From Schmidtea polychroa (taxonomy: Eukaryota), in the NCBI GenBank assembly GCA_044892525.1, contig CM097885.1, positions 11,534,001 through 11,598,000 on the forward strand: a stretch of 64,000 bases of DNA, written 5' to 3'. The translations under genes were made by a program, and so were the position numbers. Numbering within the stretch: the first letter of the stretch is position 1; each line of letters opens with the position of its first letter. The notes below the pieces were generated by a model. That model was not told the DNA's origin and did no database searches. It saw only the letters and a program-made list of their open reading frames with translations. Below are positions 1-47,659 of this stretch, piece by piece.

Positions 1-1050
1 TGAATACACAATTTTGAGTTAATTGTGCGTTGTAATTCTCCATACAACCACAAAAAATGGGACGTACAAATTGTCTTCTACGCCAAACACCACTGAGATA
101 CGTTCTCTATAGTAATGGTTAGTGTGTAAAGCTATTCACTCACCAATTACAATGATAAAATTATCAATTAATCATCTTTATCAATTTATCATTTATCAAT
201 TTCTCATCATGAGTGTATTTTGGAAATTTATTTTAGCCATTTTACAAATGGCTTTCAAGTAATTTTTTTATTTAAATTAAATTTTAAGACTTGAATTCTT
301 ATCCATATAAGATATGAGATCATTATTCAAGTTCTTAAATATTACTTTTAATCAACAGTATAATTATAAATTATTTTTAATTAATTTTCAGGGTTTTTTA
401 GGAATTTTTTGACATTTATCTTTATTTATTTTGGAATTATTTCGAAAAAATGTGAGTCCGATATATTTTTAATTATAATTAATTAAATAAATAAATCACC
501 AAAATATGTATTTTTTAAAACATTTTGGGAAAAATCGCTGATTAAAATAATTTTTTTAATTTTTGTAATTTTTTTCTGAGGCTTCTTTTAGGAAATCAAA
601 TATTGATTGAAAAGACATTGAACCAAATTCATCTGCTCCTGAAAATTTCATTAAAAATATATTTTTAAAAATTTTTAGCGATCTTTTTTTTTCTAAAAAC
701 TGTCTAAAATAGAATTATTATAGAAACAATTCTCAGCGGTGCATTTCGATGAATCAAAAGTTTGAATGTGTTTTTTAGTATATAATGTAAGATTATTGAT
801 TGTTGAGTTTGTGTGCAGTTTTAATTTTTCTTCCACTTTTTTGATTTCTATAGTATAAGATGTATCTGACTGCACTCTAAATGAAAACATCAACGTGAAA
901 TCAAAGTAAGTATGTATGTTTCTATAATGTAAGATTATTGATTTTTTTGTTATATTATAGGAATCGGTTCTCAGTGGCGTTTGGTGTAGAAGAGATTCAA
1001 TTCGAAAATCGTATATTTCTGTTGAATTTTGACACATAAAACAAACTAAC

Positions 1051-36550
<35,500 letters not shown>

Positions 36551-37161
36551 ATGTTAATAATAAAAATCAGACCGAGCTAAAAATTAGATACCATTAATAA
36601 ATGAATAACTAGGAAAATAGACACCAACTTTCTATTTTGTATCATATTTAATTTGATGATGTTTAAATTTTACACTATGCATAAAATGAAAACCAGCAGC
36701 GCAGAAGATAAAGAGACCAAATAAATTCTTTTCTGCCTGACGACTATTAGACTTCGGGCGATTGTGCACCATACGGTTCGTGTATTAAAATAATCTTCAC
36801 CATCCCTACCAGATAAAATTCCCCTCGGCGGGTTTCAATGCGAACCGTGTGTCAAATCAACGCGATGTTGCTCTAATTAAGAATCATATGTTCATTCGAA
36901 TAATGTGCCAGGAAAGATTTTATACACTAAACATATGCACCAGACGAGGCTGACTGCCAATAACTATTTCTAGGATGCGTAGGATCGAATGAGGATTCGT
37001 TTCTTGTAATTTTCTGTTGACATCTATCTAAGTTTACAGTAAATCATTCCCATTAAATATTTGTTGAAAGATTAATAATTTTGCAAATGGAACGTGAATA
37101 TCTGTTTGCATGTGTGATATTTATTAAATAATATTAGTAACATTTTTATTGATTGATTTAA

Positions 37162-37472
<311 letters not shown>

Positions 37473-37481
37473 CTAATAATG

Positions 37482-37582
<101 letters not shown>

Positions 37583-37583
37583 T

Positions 37584-37669
<86 letters not shown>

Positions 37670-40003
37670 CTTACAATGTAGAATCTACATAAATATTACA
37701 TTACTTTGTTTTAATTCAGTATTGTAAGAACATTTTTTTATTTCTTTTTTACATATAGAACGTTGAAAGTTATATTGAATTTTATTGAAGCCCTTAACGA
37801 TTGTGGAAAAGGTTTTGTAACAAGATATTCAAGATCCTCTAAATTATATTAATGGAATTTATATAGGATAGTAACTGTGTAATTAAAACTGAATCAGAAA
37901 ATAGAAAAAATCAAGATTTGAACCATTATTACAAAAATCATTTAAAATATACAATTTTTTAAATACGAATTTTTTTAAAATATAAAATGATAAATTAATT
38001 ATATTTTGGCCGAATTATGTTTATAATTTCACTATAAACAATTTTCACTTTTTATTGTTTTTTTATTGCTGACCACAACATTTCCATCGGGTGATGACGA
38101 AAGGTGATTGGATAGAAAACTGGCCTATTGGGCAAATATGCCTATGGGAATTGTTGGATTTCTGGAGCGATGGGTTAAAGGGGTTAAACTATTTTCGGTA
38201 ATATATAATATAGAAATTTTATGCGAAATATTTACTAGCGAAAAATTTATAATTATTATTTAAATATTTCTCACATTGTGAAATTTCTATGAAATTTTAC
38301 GAGATTCTCAGCAAGAAATAATTGGGATAAGCCTAAATCCAATTAATTCACAATTTACCCAGACCGAAAGCCCGCCGCGATGCAATTTATCCGAATCCAC
38401 ATTTTCATTGTCTATAGATAATTCATTTCAAATTGCTAATTAATATAATTAGCAATTTTTTCCTGACAAGATGTAAAGGAAATTATAGATAATTCAAATA
38501 AATTTTCTCCTTCGTTGACATATTGGCGTAAATCTGCGTAAAAATATCCTTTTTATGTTTTTTTTTCTATTTTGTTTTTAATATATTTTTGATTATTTTT
38601 GGAAAATATTCTTTCACGTTTTTATTTAATTTGGAAAATATAAATCAGTGAACTAAAATTTCAATTGAGTTGATCTAAATTGTATATGGATCATGTACCA
38701 CTTAGAGCGATGGATCACTCGCTCACACAACTATGAAGGATCGAGCTAGATACGTGACGTAATGACAACTTAAGTACAATTCAAACAAAATTTAATTTTT
38801 TTTTGAATTGAAATTTTATTAAAATGTTTGAAATTATTTTCGTTGGAGTTTATAGAGAAAATGAATTCAACTTTCAATTTGACCACACGTCCTCTTGGTT
38901 ATCTAATTATTTTCTCCACAAAATATTTTTATTTTAATTATTACTACAACAGTAATAATTAAATTTATAAAATATTCAGAAAAATCATTTATTATTTATC
39001 CGTTATGATAAAATATTTCAACCAAAATGGATAATAACAAGCAATCATTATTTTCTTTTACAATTAAAAAATTCTTATTATATTTGCATTATTTTGTCTA
39101 GTCTATTATTATGTCCTTCTATCTTTTAAATTTTTGTTTTAATGGGTTCGTTGCAAGATAAAAATTTACTATAGAAAATGAAATTATTAGATACTTTAAT
39201 TTTTTGATTAATTTATATTTAGCAATCTCAGATTTTAATTTTTACTATTCATCAAGAATATAAAAACTACAAAATAATTAAAACAAATTTAAATCTACTA
39301 ATAATAATAAAAACAACTATTTTTGATAATAAAATAGAAATAATAATAATAATAGTGATACTTACAAAAATATTTATGGCTATAGTAACGCTATGTTAAA
39401 CATGTAAATGATAAGATAAGCCTTTTACTGCAAACTATGTATTAAATGATTCGATTTTCGATTATTAGATAAACCCTTTCAATTTCCTGAAATAGAAAAT
39501 TTTCATGACAATTTGGAAATAAATTGAAAAATAGATAGAAAAATCAAAAGGTAAGTGAATGATTCATTAATCATCAGCACTGATAAATTTCATATGAAAA
39601 CCAGTTGCGTTGAATGGAATTTCCCAAATTTTGTTCGCGCCTGCTAAACTCATTAGGTAAATGTCAAAATTTGATTCACATTATAATTTTTTGTTTAAAT
39701 TACAATCTAAAAATAATTAACATAGAATAGTTAATCACGATTACAGTGATGGGTAATTCGAACCAAAACAATGCACACGAGTTTCCCTCATTAATTTTAT
39801 CAATGTATTTTTCAGTGATGACAAAACAAAACATTTATGAGAAATAATGAGGACGGGAGTTAAATGCAAAACTTGAATAACAATAATTTTCCCATAACAA
39901 ATAATTAGCAAGTCTCGCTTTAAAACTTGAAAACAGTTTAGTTTTCTCCTAATCGAGGTTATTACTGCACTCTATTCAACGCATTAAATCCTTTTTATTA
40001 ATA

Positions 40004-40139
<136 letters not shown>

Positions 40140-41016
40140 AATAATATTATTATTGTTATAATAATTAAATTATAAATTCAGATAAACAACTAACTGAGTC
40201 ACAGTCACAAATATTTGTTCATAAAATGAAATATTCCGACCTAAAATATTTAATTTTTGAAAAATACTTATGATTATGGCTTATATTTATTTGATTTTAT
40301 TTGATTTATATTTTAATAAATGATTCCGTTATCGATAAATTAATTATAAAATTTGTTATAATAATTATTATTGGAAGATTTATTGTTATTTATATTTATA
40401 TTTATATTATTTATTATTAAAATCAAATAATTTCCAAATAAATATTTGTGGAGAATTTAATTAAAAATAATATTCTGAGCAATATCATCATTCAATTTCA
40501 ACACAAAACAAACATTCAAATATTATCAAACATTATAAATGCATCTTACGTCTCCTCCTTTCAAAATATATCCTTAGTTTTAAATTCTTTTAGCCATTTT
40601 ACATTTTTTGTTTTTATTTTCTTGTGGTCATTTTCATTAAAAACTTCGATACTGTTTTCTCGTTTACTTTCAACATCAAATGTCTGTGAAAAATAATCCT
40701 GAAAATCTTAACTTCTGCATTACATAGCTTTTGATGTGTAGAGTTTATAAATTGTGTTATTTTTTCTTTTGGATATCATATTTCATTTTGATTCGTCTTT
40801 CCAACATTATTGTAAATTTTAAACTTTTTTCCTTCTCATTTTTGTATTTTTTCTATTATGTCATAATTTTCAAAAGAGTCTTTCAATTACACTGAGCAAT
40901 TATCTCGGTTATATTTTCTGTAATATGATAATATTATTTATATACAAAAAAGATTTAGTGTTCATTCAGCAAATTTAATATCATCTGTTCTTATATCTTT
41001 CGTACTTTATATAATA

Positions 41017-42462
41017 CAGTGATGTCCAACACAGTCGCCACTCGCCACATGTGGCGAGTGGGCTATGTGCTTGTGGCGAATGTAGCATTTTTTTTAATGT
41101 TTTATTTAATACTTCAATTCTATCCATAATACAAAGTTGTAACCAAAACATAAACAACGACAAATTTTTATTTTGTAATCTTACATGCTAAGAAATGCTC
41201 ATGGCAGATCCCGGTGTGTCAAATTTACGTACACATAGTGTCATGTGATTGTTTATTAAGAACTAAAATTTCGTTTTTAATTAATTTAGGTGTTTTCAAA
41301 TAAACTAAAGTAATTTAAATGATTATTATTGTTATTTACCTGCATTGCTGTTTTTTACAATTGGGTTACAATGAAAAAAAAGGAGATAGCTCTACATTCT
41401 ACAAAAAATATATTAATCTACCTCTTTCCTCTCATTATACTATGTAGCAACTCAGTCAGTAACCGTATACCTGTCGTATACCGAAAAACACTATGTTAGC
41501 GTTATGAATGTAATAGATGTAGACAGCAGTACTTTTCTGTAAATTTATATATAGACTGCTTTTTCCAACCAATGCACTATGTTCCAACTAACATTACGTA
41601 CGTACACATAGTGAGACAGTAGGATGTTTTAAGTATCTGCACTCTCATTCATATTTATTATTGTTTAAGTTAATTCCTAATTTATTATAATTTTGTTACA
41701 AGTAGTAAACAGAAGAAAACAAAAAAAATTTTTATGCCAAAATGTGCTTCTTATCTATTTGTGATTACACTTTATCTATTTGTGAAAACGCTTTTTTAAA
41801 ATTTAAAAACAAATGACATTTTCTTCAAAGTAGGCGTTTTTTTAGTTTGTTTTCCCGTTGTATGAATCCCATGTATTAGTCTCATGTTTGTTTTTGTTAA
41901 ATAAACAACTAACGTGCGACTTTAAATATTTAATATTATTCTTTTGAAATTATATTAAAATTATTTCACCGTAAAAAATGGATAAATATTTCAAACGACA
42001 TTCCGATACTGATAGTTCAGCTAGGCAAGAAGAAGCAACTGGTTCAACTCAATTAGAACCCAATAAAAGAGATTGGAAAAAGGTTTGCCGCAAATTTAAT
42101 GGTAAATGGGAACTAGAATTTGCTGTAATGGAACAAAACCAAAAAACTGTATGTATATTGTGTAACAAAGCTTTTAATGACAATAAAGTGGACAGCATAA
42201 AAAAGCATTATCAACAAATGCATAGGGAATTTGATTGTAAGTTTCCTGTCGGCAAGCAAGTTAGAACGAATGAAATAACTCGCTTAAAGTCAAAATTAGA
42301 AGGACAGCAATCTTTTTTTAAACGGTTTTTAACTACATCCGAACTTATTAATTTGGCTAGCTACAAAACGGCTTGGATTTTAGCTCAAAAAAGAAAACCT
42401 TTTTCGGATTGAGAACTAATCAAAGAGATTGTCCTGTCTATTATGGAAATTTTACTTGAAAA
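41017..42462 (+). mobile_element. hAT (Buster/SPIN-like) transposon, 5' 1.45 kb only, interrupted by the Polinton
   Basis: TIR CAGTGATGTCCAAC; preceded by ATATAATA (nnnTAnnn); near-identical in reverse to 58881-60325; ORF 41978-42412 has a BED-like Zn finger and a premature TGA. Confidence 0.93.
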
Positions 42463-43379
42463 AGTATTGTGTATATACCCAACCCAAACAGCCCTCCCAA
42501 CAAAAACATACCTCCATTACGCTTAAACCATTAGAAAAACAACATAAAACCTATGTTTTTATAGTATTTTAACCCCATATTTTAAACAACAACCACCCTT
42601 AATCTTTAAAGCCTCAAACTCAAAAGCTTCAAACTAAAAAGAGAATAGAAAAGAAAATGGCATTATGAAAAAGTTAGAGGGCTATTTGGGATAGGGCTAT
42701 ATACACACTACTTTTGATCGCAATCAAACTCCGGAGTTGATCTTTATCAGATTATTGATTTTAAATTATATAAATTAAAAAATAAATGAAAAATAGTAAA
42801 ACTGCTCTGAGGGGACAGTGGTATTTTTTTTTTCACTGTCCCCTCAATAGTTTTTTTGATCCGGATCATTTCAACCTCTTTCGTTTATCAAATCTCTTCT
42901 AATATACAAGCTGGCCAGACTCATACATCAGAATCAATCCGATAATAGCAGCACACCTTATTATTCGCTTCTCGCTCGAATACGATTTCATCGGCGTTTT
43001 AAGCGTGCTGCTCGAAAGTACAAATGAATTCGAAAGAGGTCCGAAAACAACTGAGAAATAAATGTGCACATTAAAGAATCGACCCGGGGGTGTTCGAAAG
43101 ACAGGTGGCGATAATTACCGGTTCGCCACCATCACCCGTTTCAATAATTTTTTTTTCATATTTATGTTTAAAAATAAAATAATTAATAAAATAAATAAAA
43201 TAAATAAAATAAAATAAAATATACAACTAAGATACCCACACTATTATTTTCAAATTTTTAATATTATTTTATGTTGAAAAAAAACTAACCTCAGATATGA
43301 TTTGAACCACCATCCATTTGAACCACTGTGCCAGTCTAGCCCACTGCGCTATCTAGGTTTGGATTTTTGTTATTTTTTA
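42463..43379. repeat. Polinton left TIR and subterminal repeat
   Basis: 42530-~43220 is an almost perfect mirror of ~56400-57131; inner ~43220-43379 mirrors 56225-56400 with more mismatches. Confidence 0.93.
43286..43359 (-). ncRNA. tRNA-like Pol III cassette 1
   Basis: A box TAGCGCAGTGG, B box GGTTCAAATC, terminal stem AACCT/AGGTT, T8 run just downstream. Confidence 0.6.
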
Positions 43380-43605
43380 GACTATAAATAATCGATTCAA
43401 GTTCTTTAACTCTTTCCTGTAATTGTTTCATTTTCTTCAATCTTATATCAGCAACATCTACAGCCTTCATATAAAAATGTCGATACTTTTCATTATCTAC
43501 CATCAACTCTTTGATGTATTCTAATGGTTCTTCTTCTCTTCTTTTCATTCTCTTATGTTTAACTTCATTCAATTCATTTCTCATTCTTTCTTTTAACTCA
43601 TCCAT
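43336..43605 (-). CDS. Small charged coiled-coil Polinton protein, 89 aa, unknown function
   Basis: ORF with the TAAAAATG start context shared by the other Polinton genes; 3' end overlaps cassette 1. Confidence 0.55.
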   Translation of the reverse strand: MDELKERMRNELNEVKHKRMKRREEEPLEYIKELMVDNEKYRHFYMKAVDVADIRLKKMKQLQERVKELESIIYSLKNNKNPNLDSAVG

Positions 43606-43770
43606 TTTTATAAATATTTTTTTTATTGGATATATTAATTTTTGGTAGTTAAAACGTTTTTGATCTTAAATTTCCAAGAGTTGCCGTTGACCAATCACCT
43701 TAAAAATTTGTACAAGTACTAAATCGAGTATGCTGATCAATATTTCGTTAAAAGAAAATTTGAAAAAAAA

Positions 43771-43843
43771 TGACCGAAATGGGATTTGAACCCATTGGTA
43801 TTGGCAATGCAGTCGAGTGCTATTACCACTAAGCTATTAGAGC
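43771..43843 (-). ncRNA. tRNA-like Pol III cassette 2 (tRNA-Cys-like, 73 nt)
   Basis: GCTCTAA TAGCTTAGTGGTAATAGC A CTCGA CTGCATT GCCAA TACCA ATGGG TTCAAAT CCCAT TTCGGTC A then T8; perfect T-arm, D-arm pairs, anticodon stem does not. Confidence 0.72.
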
Positions 43844-44013
43844 AATACTCAATATAAAATAAGTTGTTAATGTGTGACTATTTATTGATGAAATTAATAA
43901 TTAATTATTCATTTTCTCGACAACTACCACTCAGATCCATCTGAAAATTTAAATATATACTAAAATCAGTACGCTGAATCAGATTCCGTTGAAAATAAAA
44001 TATCGAAAAAAAT

Positions 44014-44088
44014 TGACCAAAATCGAAAATTGAACCCGGTACTCCCGGTGATAAAATTGAAGCCTATTCCCACTCCGCTATAATGGCT
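44014..44088 (-). ncRNA. tRNA-like Pol III cassette 3, paralog of cassette 2
   Basis: A box TAGCGGAGTGG, degenerate B box GGTTCAATT, colinear with cassette 2, followed by T7; part of a ~243 bp tandem unit. Confidence 0.55.
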
Positions 44089-44143
44089 TACATAATATAT
44101 TTAATTAATCCTATTTTGTGTGTGTAAATTTTAATATATAAAA

Positions 44144-45425
44144 ATGAATAATATAAAAATTCAAGAAAAAAATAAATTAAATCTTGATTATAATAAAGAA
44201 TTTACTCATGAAATCAAGAAAAACGATGTACTTAAAATCTCCCCAACTTTAGGATCTATTGCAAACTTAAATCGTAGGGGTGATATAGTTTTTCAATCTC
44301 TTCAAACATCAAACCCTATAGATATTTGTAATGCCAAATTATATTATAAAATCGAATTAGAAATTGAACCAAACAAAGATATAACCCTAGAAAATAATTT
44401 CTTTCCAAATTTATTCTCCAACATGAGATTAAAACTAGGATCATCAGAAATTGAAACTGTTTTGCATCCGGGAGTATATTCTACAATGTTAAATTTTATT
44501 TTGACTGGTTGTGATTATAAAAATGAATATGGTGAATTAACAGGCTGGATTCCTGATGTTAATAAAGGAGATTTAGATAAAGATGGTTTAGATATAAATT
44601 ATGGTTACTATAAAAGAGCTGATCTTTATAAATCTAAAAAATTTGAAGGTTATTTTGAATTAAAACACTTGTTTGGATTCCTTCAAAACTATAATCGTAT
44701 ACTTCATAATGTTTTTATAGAATTAGTTTGTAATAGAGTAGAAGGTGATAAAAGATTGTTCTATGGAGATAAGAATACAACAGCTAAATTAAAAATATCA
44801 ACACTTGAATTGCATATACCTGAATGGACATTAAATCCACATTCTGAAATCAAACTCTTTGAAAGATTAAATTCCAACAAGTCTATAAATGTAAATTATT
44901 TAAATAGAATCTGTCGTGAATTTAGTATGACAGAGGGTTCAACATATTCTATAAAGGTAGCGAATTTAGCATACCGACCAAGATATATCTTGATTGGATT
45001 CAAAGAAGTAGATTCATCTTTCCAAAAAAATAACAACTTGTTTATTCAAAAGATTGGAGTTGATAATTTAAAAACAATCCAAATTCATTTAAATAGTTCT
45101 TATTATCCAATAAATAGAATGGAATTTAATATTGAAAATAATGAAAACATATTCCCATATCTAAATTATATTGAAACATGATTTCAAAGTTGAACCGCAA
45201 TTAAGTTTAGAAGATTTCAAAAATTTATATTCTATATTTTGTATAAATGTATCAGATCAAGATGATAGATTAGCCATAAATAATGTTGATGTTACACTTC
45301 ATGTAACAAAGGATTCTAATTTTAAAGCTAAAGTATATACATTAATATTAGAAGAAAAAAAAATAGAAATGAAATTATATGGTGGAAAGATTTCAATAAT
45401 CGAAAATGTTAGGGGAGATACTTAA
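44144..45425 (+). pseudogene. Major capsid protein (double jelly-roll), frameshifted near 45175
   Basis: LENNFFPNLFSNMRLKLG..EIE, RPRYILIGF, I.LN..YYP; C-terminus EPQLSLEDFKNLYSIFCINVSDQ is in another frame (45171-45425). Confidence 0.85.
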
Positions 45426-45442
45426 TATTTTAACATTTTAAA

Positions 45443-46849
45443 ATGTCTTTCTATTGGAGATGTGAAAGTTGTAATTGTCAAGTTACAAGACATCATAAAG
45501 CAAGTCATCTAAAAACTAAAAAACATATAGGAGGCGACATGATTCCACGAGCCGGAGGCGACATACAATCTTCAAAAGTGACATCTTCAATATTAAAACC
45601 TTTTACTACAGAAAAATATCCAGGTGAAAGACATTTATTTAAACACAACTATACCGGACCAGGAACAAGATTAGATATTAGATTAGATGAAAATAATAAT
45701 CCCAAACAAGGAGAAGAACCAATAAATAGAATCGACCAAGCAGCTTTAAAACATGATATTGCTTACAATTCAGAAGATCTTAGAGATAGACATGTTGCAG
45801 ATGTTAATTTAATACATGATTTAAATAGTATCCAAAATCCATCAACCCAAGAAAAGATTCAAAGAGCTCTAGTTAAATTAGCAATGAAAGGTAAGATTTT
45901 CATAGGCTTAGGACACAGTCCGATCGCCATGGGTGCAAGACTTCCTAGGAAAGCAAAAGATGTTGCTAATAAAAAGATTATTGAACAAGCAGAAACTGAG
46001 AATCAACTCGAGAGTGCATCCAAGACTAGTTTATTATTCCCAACAGAATCACAAATAAAATATGCCAACGAATTACACCATGAATTTAGAAAAAATAAAA
46101 AATATTTAAAAGTTCAAGTACATGAAAAAGATCAAACATGGTCTGCTGATTTAGTCTTTATGCCAACCAAATCATCAGACCCTGAAAAATATAAAATAAT
46201 TTTAACTGTAATAGATTTATATACAAGATTTGCTTTTGCAAGGTGTTTAGAAAATAAAACAGGATATTCCATTACAGAAGCATTTGAAAATATATTTGAA
46301 GAACATCAAAGAATTCCAAAATATTTATGGTGTGATAAAGGAACAGAATTTTATAACAAAGTTTTTACAAAGTTTTTAAATGAAAATGATATTAAATTAT
46401 ATTCAACAGAAAACGAAGGAAAAGCAGTTGTGGTTGAAAGATTAAATAGAACATTAAAAAATAAAATGTGGAAATAATTTACGGCTATTGGAAAACAAAA
46501 ATGGAACAATGAATTGTTACAAAAGATTGTAAATGAATATAATAATGATGTACATAGTTCTATAAAATCAACACCTTTAAATGCTTCCTTGAATCCTTTA
46601 AAACTTATAAATCCTGAAACCGTTAAAGTGTTAAATGAAAAACCAAAGTTTAAAATTGGTGATCGAGTAAGAATATTTAAATATAAAAATAAATTTGAAA
46701 AAGGATTCACAGAAAAATGGACAAATGAAATTTTTATTATAAATAAAATACATTATACAACTCCAATAACATATAGCATCATTGATTTAAATAATGAAAA
46801 AATATTAGGTAGATTTTATAATAATGAGTTACAGAAAACAGATTTCTAA
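45443..46849 (+). pseudogene. Zn finger - parvovirus-type PLA2 - retroviral-like integrase fusion, in-frame TAA at 46475-46477
   Basis: YTGPGT...IDQAALKHDIAY (PLA2); WSADL, WCDKGTEF, VERLNRTLK (D-D-E); same-frame continuation KFKIGDRVRI...FEKG...WT.EIF. Confidence 0.92.
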
Positions 46850-47644
46850 AATAAACTTTTCCATATTTCAGCTTCTTCTCTATCCAAATAAATATAATTA
46901 TATTTTTCTCTCCAATGATTATCAACAAACATATCAAACATATTCTTATCGGGTTCAACATTTGAAAATAAATCATTATAAATCATATTCTTATCACGGC
47001 GATCTAATAATAAAAAATATAAAACAATTAGAATTATTTCTTATAGAGTTTTTATCTAAAGCATAATAAGTTTGAGATATATAAATAACATTACAATTAT
47101 TATGTCTTCCTCTAGTAAAGTAACTCTTTTGAATGTCTTGATTTTTCATGTTAACAACATCATCAAATATAACTAGATTCTTTTTATCTTTAGGAAGTAA
47201 ATCACAATGTAAAACATCTTCAGGTTTATTAGAGAATAAAACTTGAATCGCCTCTGCCTGCCCCTGATCTTCACAGATGTAATCATTTTTATTACTAATA
47301 TCTGATTCTAAAATCTTTTCCTTATACCAATCAACCATATCACAAGGTTGAAAAACTTCTTCAGGACATCTATGTTGATTTTTAAAAATATCAATTATAG
47401 CTTTTTTAGTTAATTTATTTTCAAATCCACATTTCAAAAGTTGTAATTCTGGTTGATTTATAGTTGTAGAGTAAAAGATTAAATTATTATAATCTAAAAC
47501 ACCATCTTCAAGTAACATTTTCAAAACAAGTACATTCTTTCCACATCCAGAAGATCCAACAATTAATAATCTAAAATTATCAGGAAATACTTTATTATTA
47601 AATTTAGATTTATGTCTATTTAAAATTGGTTTCCAAATATCCAT
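46846..47644 (-). pseudogene. A32/FtsK-like packaging ATPase, frameshifted near 47011
   Basis: GSSGCGKN (Walker A, N in place of T/S), LVIFDD, FTRGRH, ISQTYY; alternate frame continues LLDRRDKNMIY...W.EKYNYIYLD to a TAG overlapping the integrase stop. Confidence 0.92.
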
Positions 47645-47659
47645 TTTATTTATTTAAAA

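Noticed and set aside
41017..42462. hAT segments as part of giant Polinton TIRs
   Set aside because: The right hAT has its own TIRs and 8 bp TSD and is separated from the Polinton by host DNA
43771..43843. Functional tRNA-Cys gene
   Set aside because: Anticodon stem unpaired and acceptor stem has mismatches; called tRNA-like ncRNA instead
44014..44088. Ochre suppressor tRNA (TTA at the anticodon position) rescuing the integrase TAA
   Set aside because: Anticodon stem TTCAA/ACCGG cannot pair and the T-arm and B box are degenerate; the stop is more simply a point mutation
45160..45190. Programmed frameshift in the MCP gene
   Set aside because: No clear slippery heptamer or downstream structure, and other core genes are also broken
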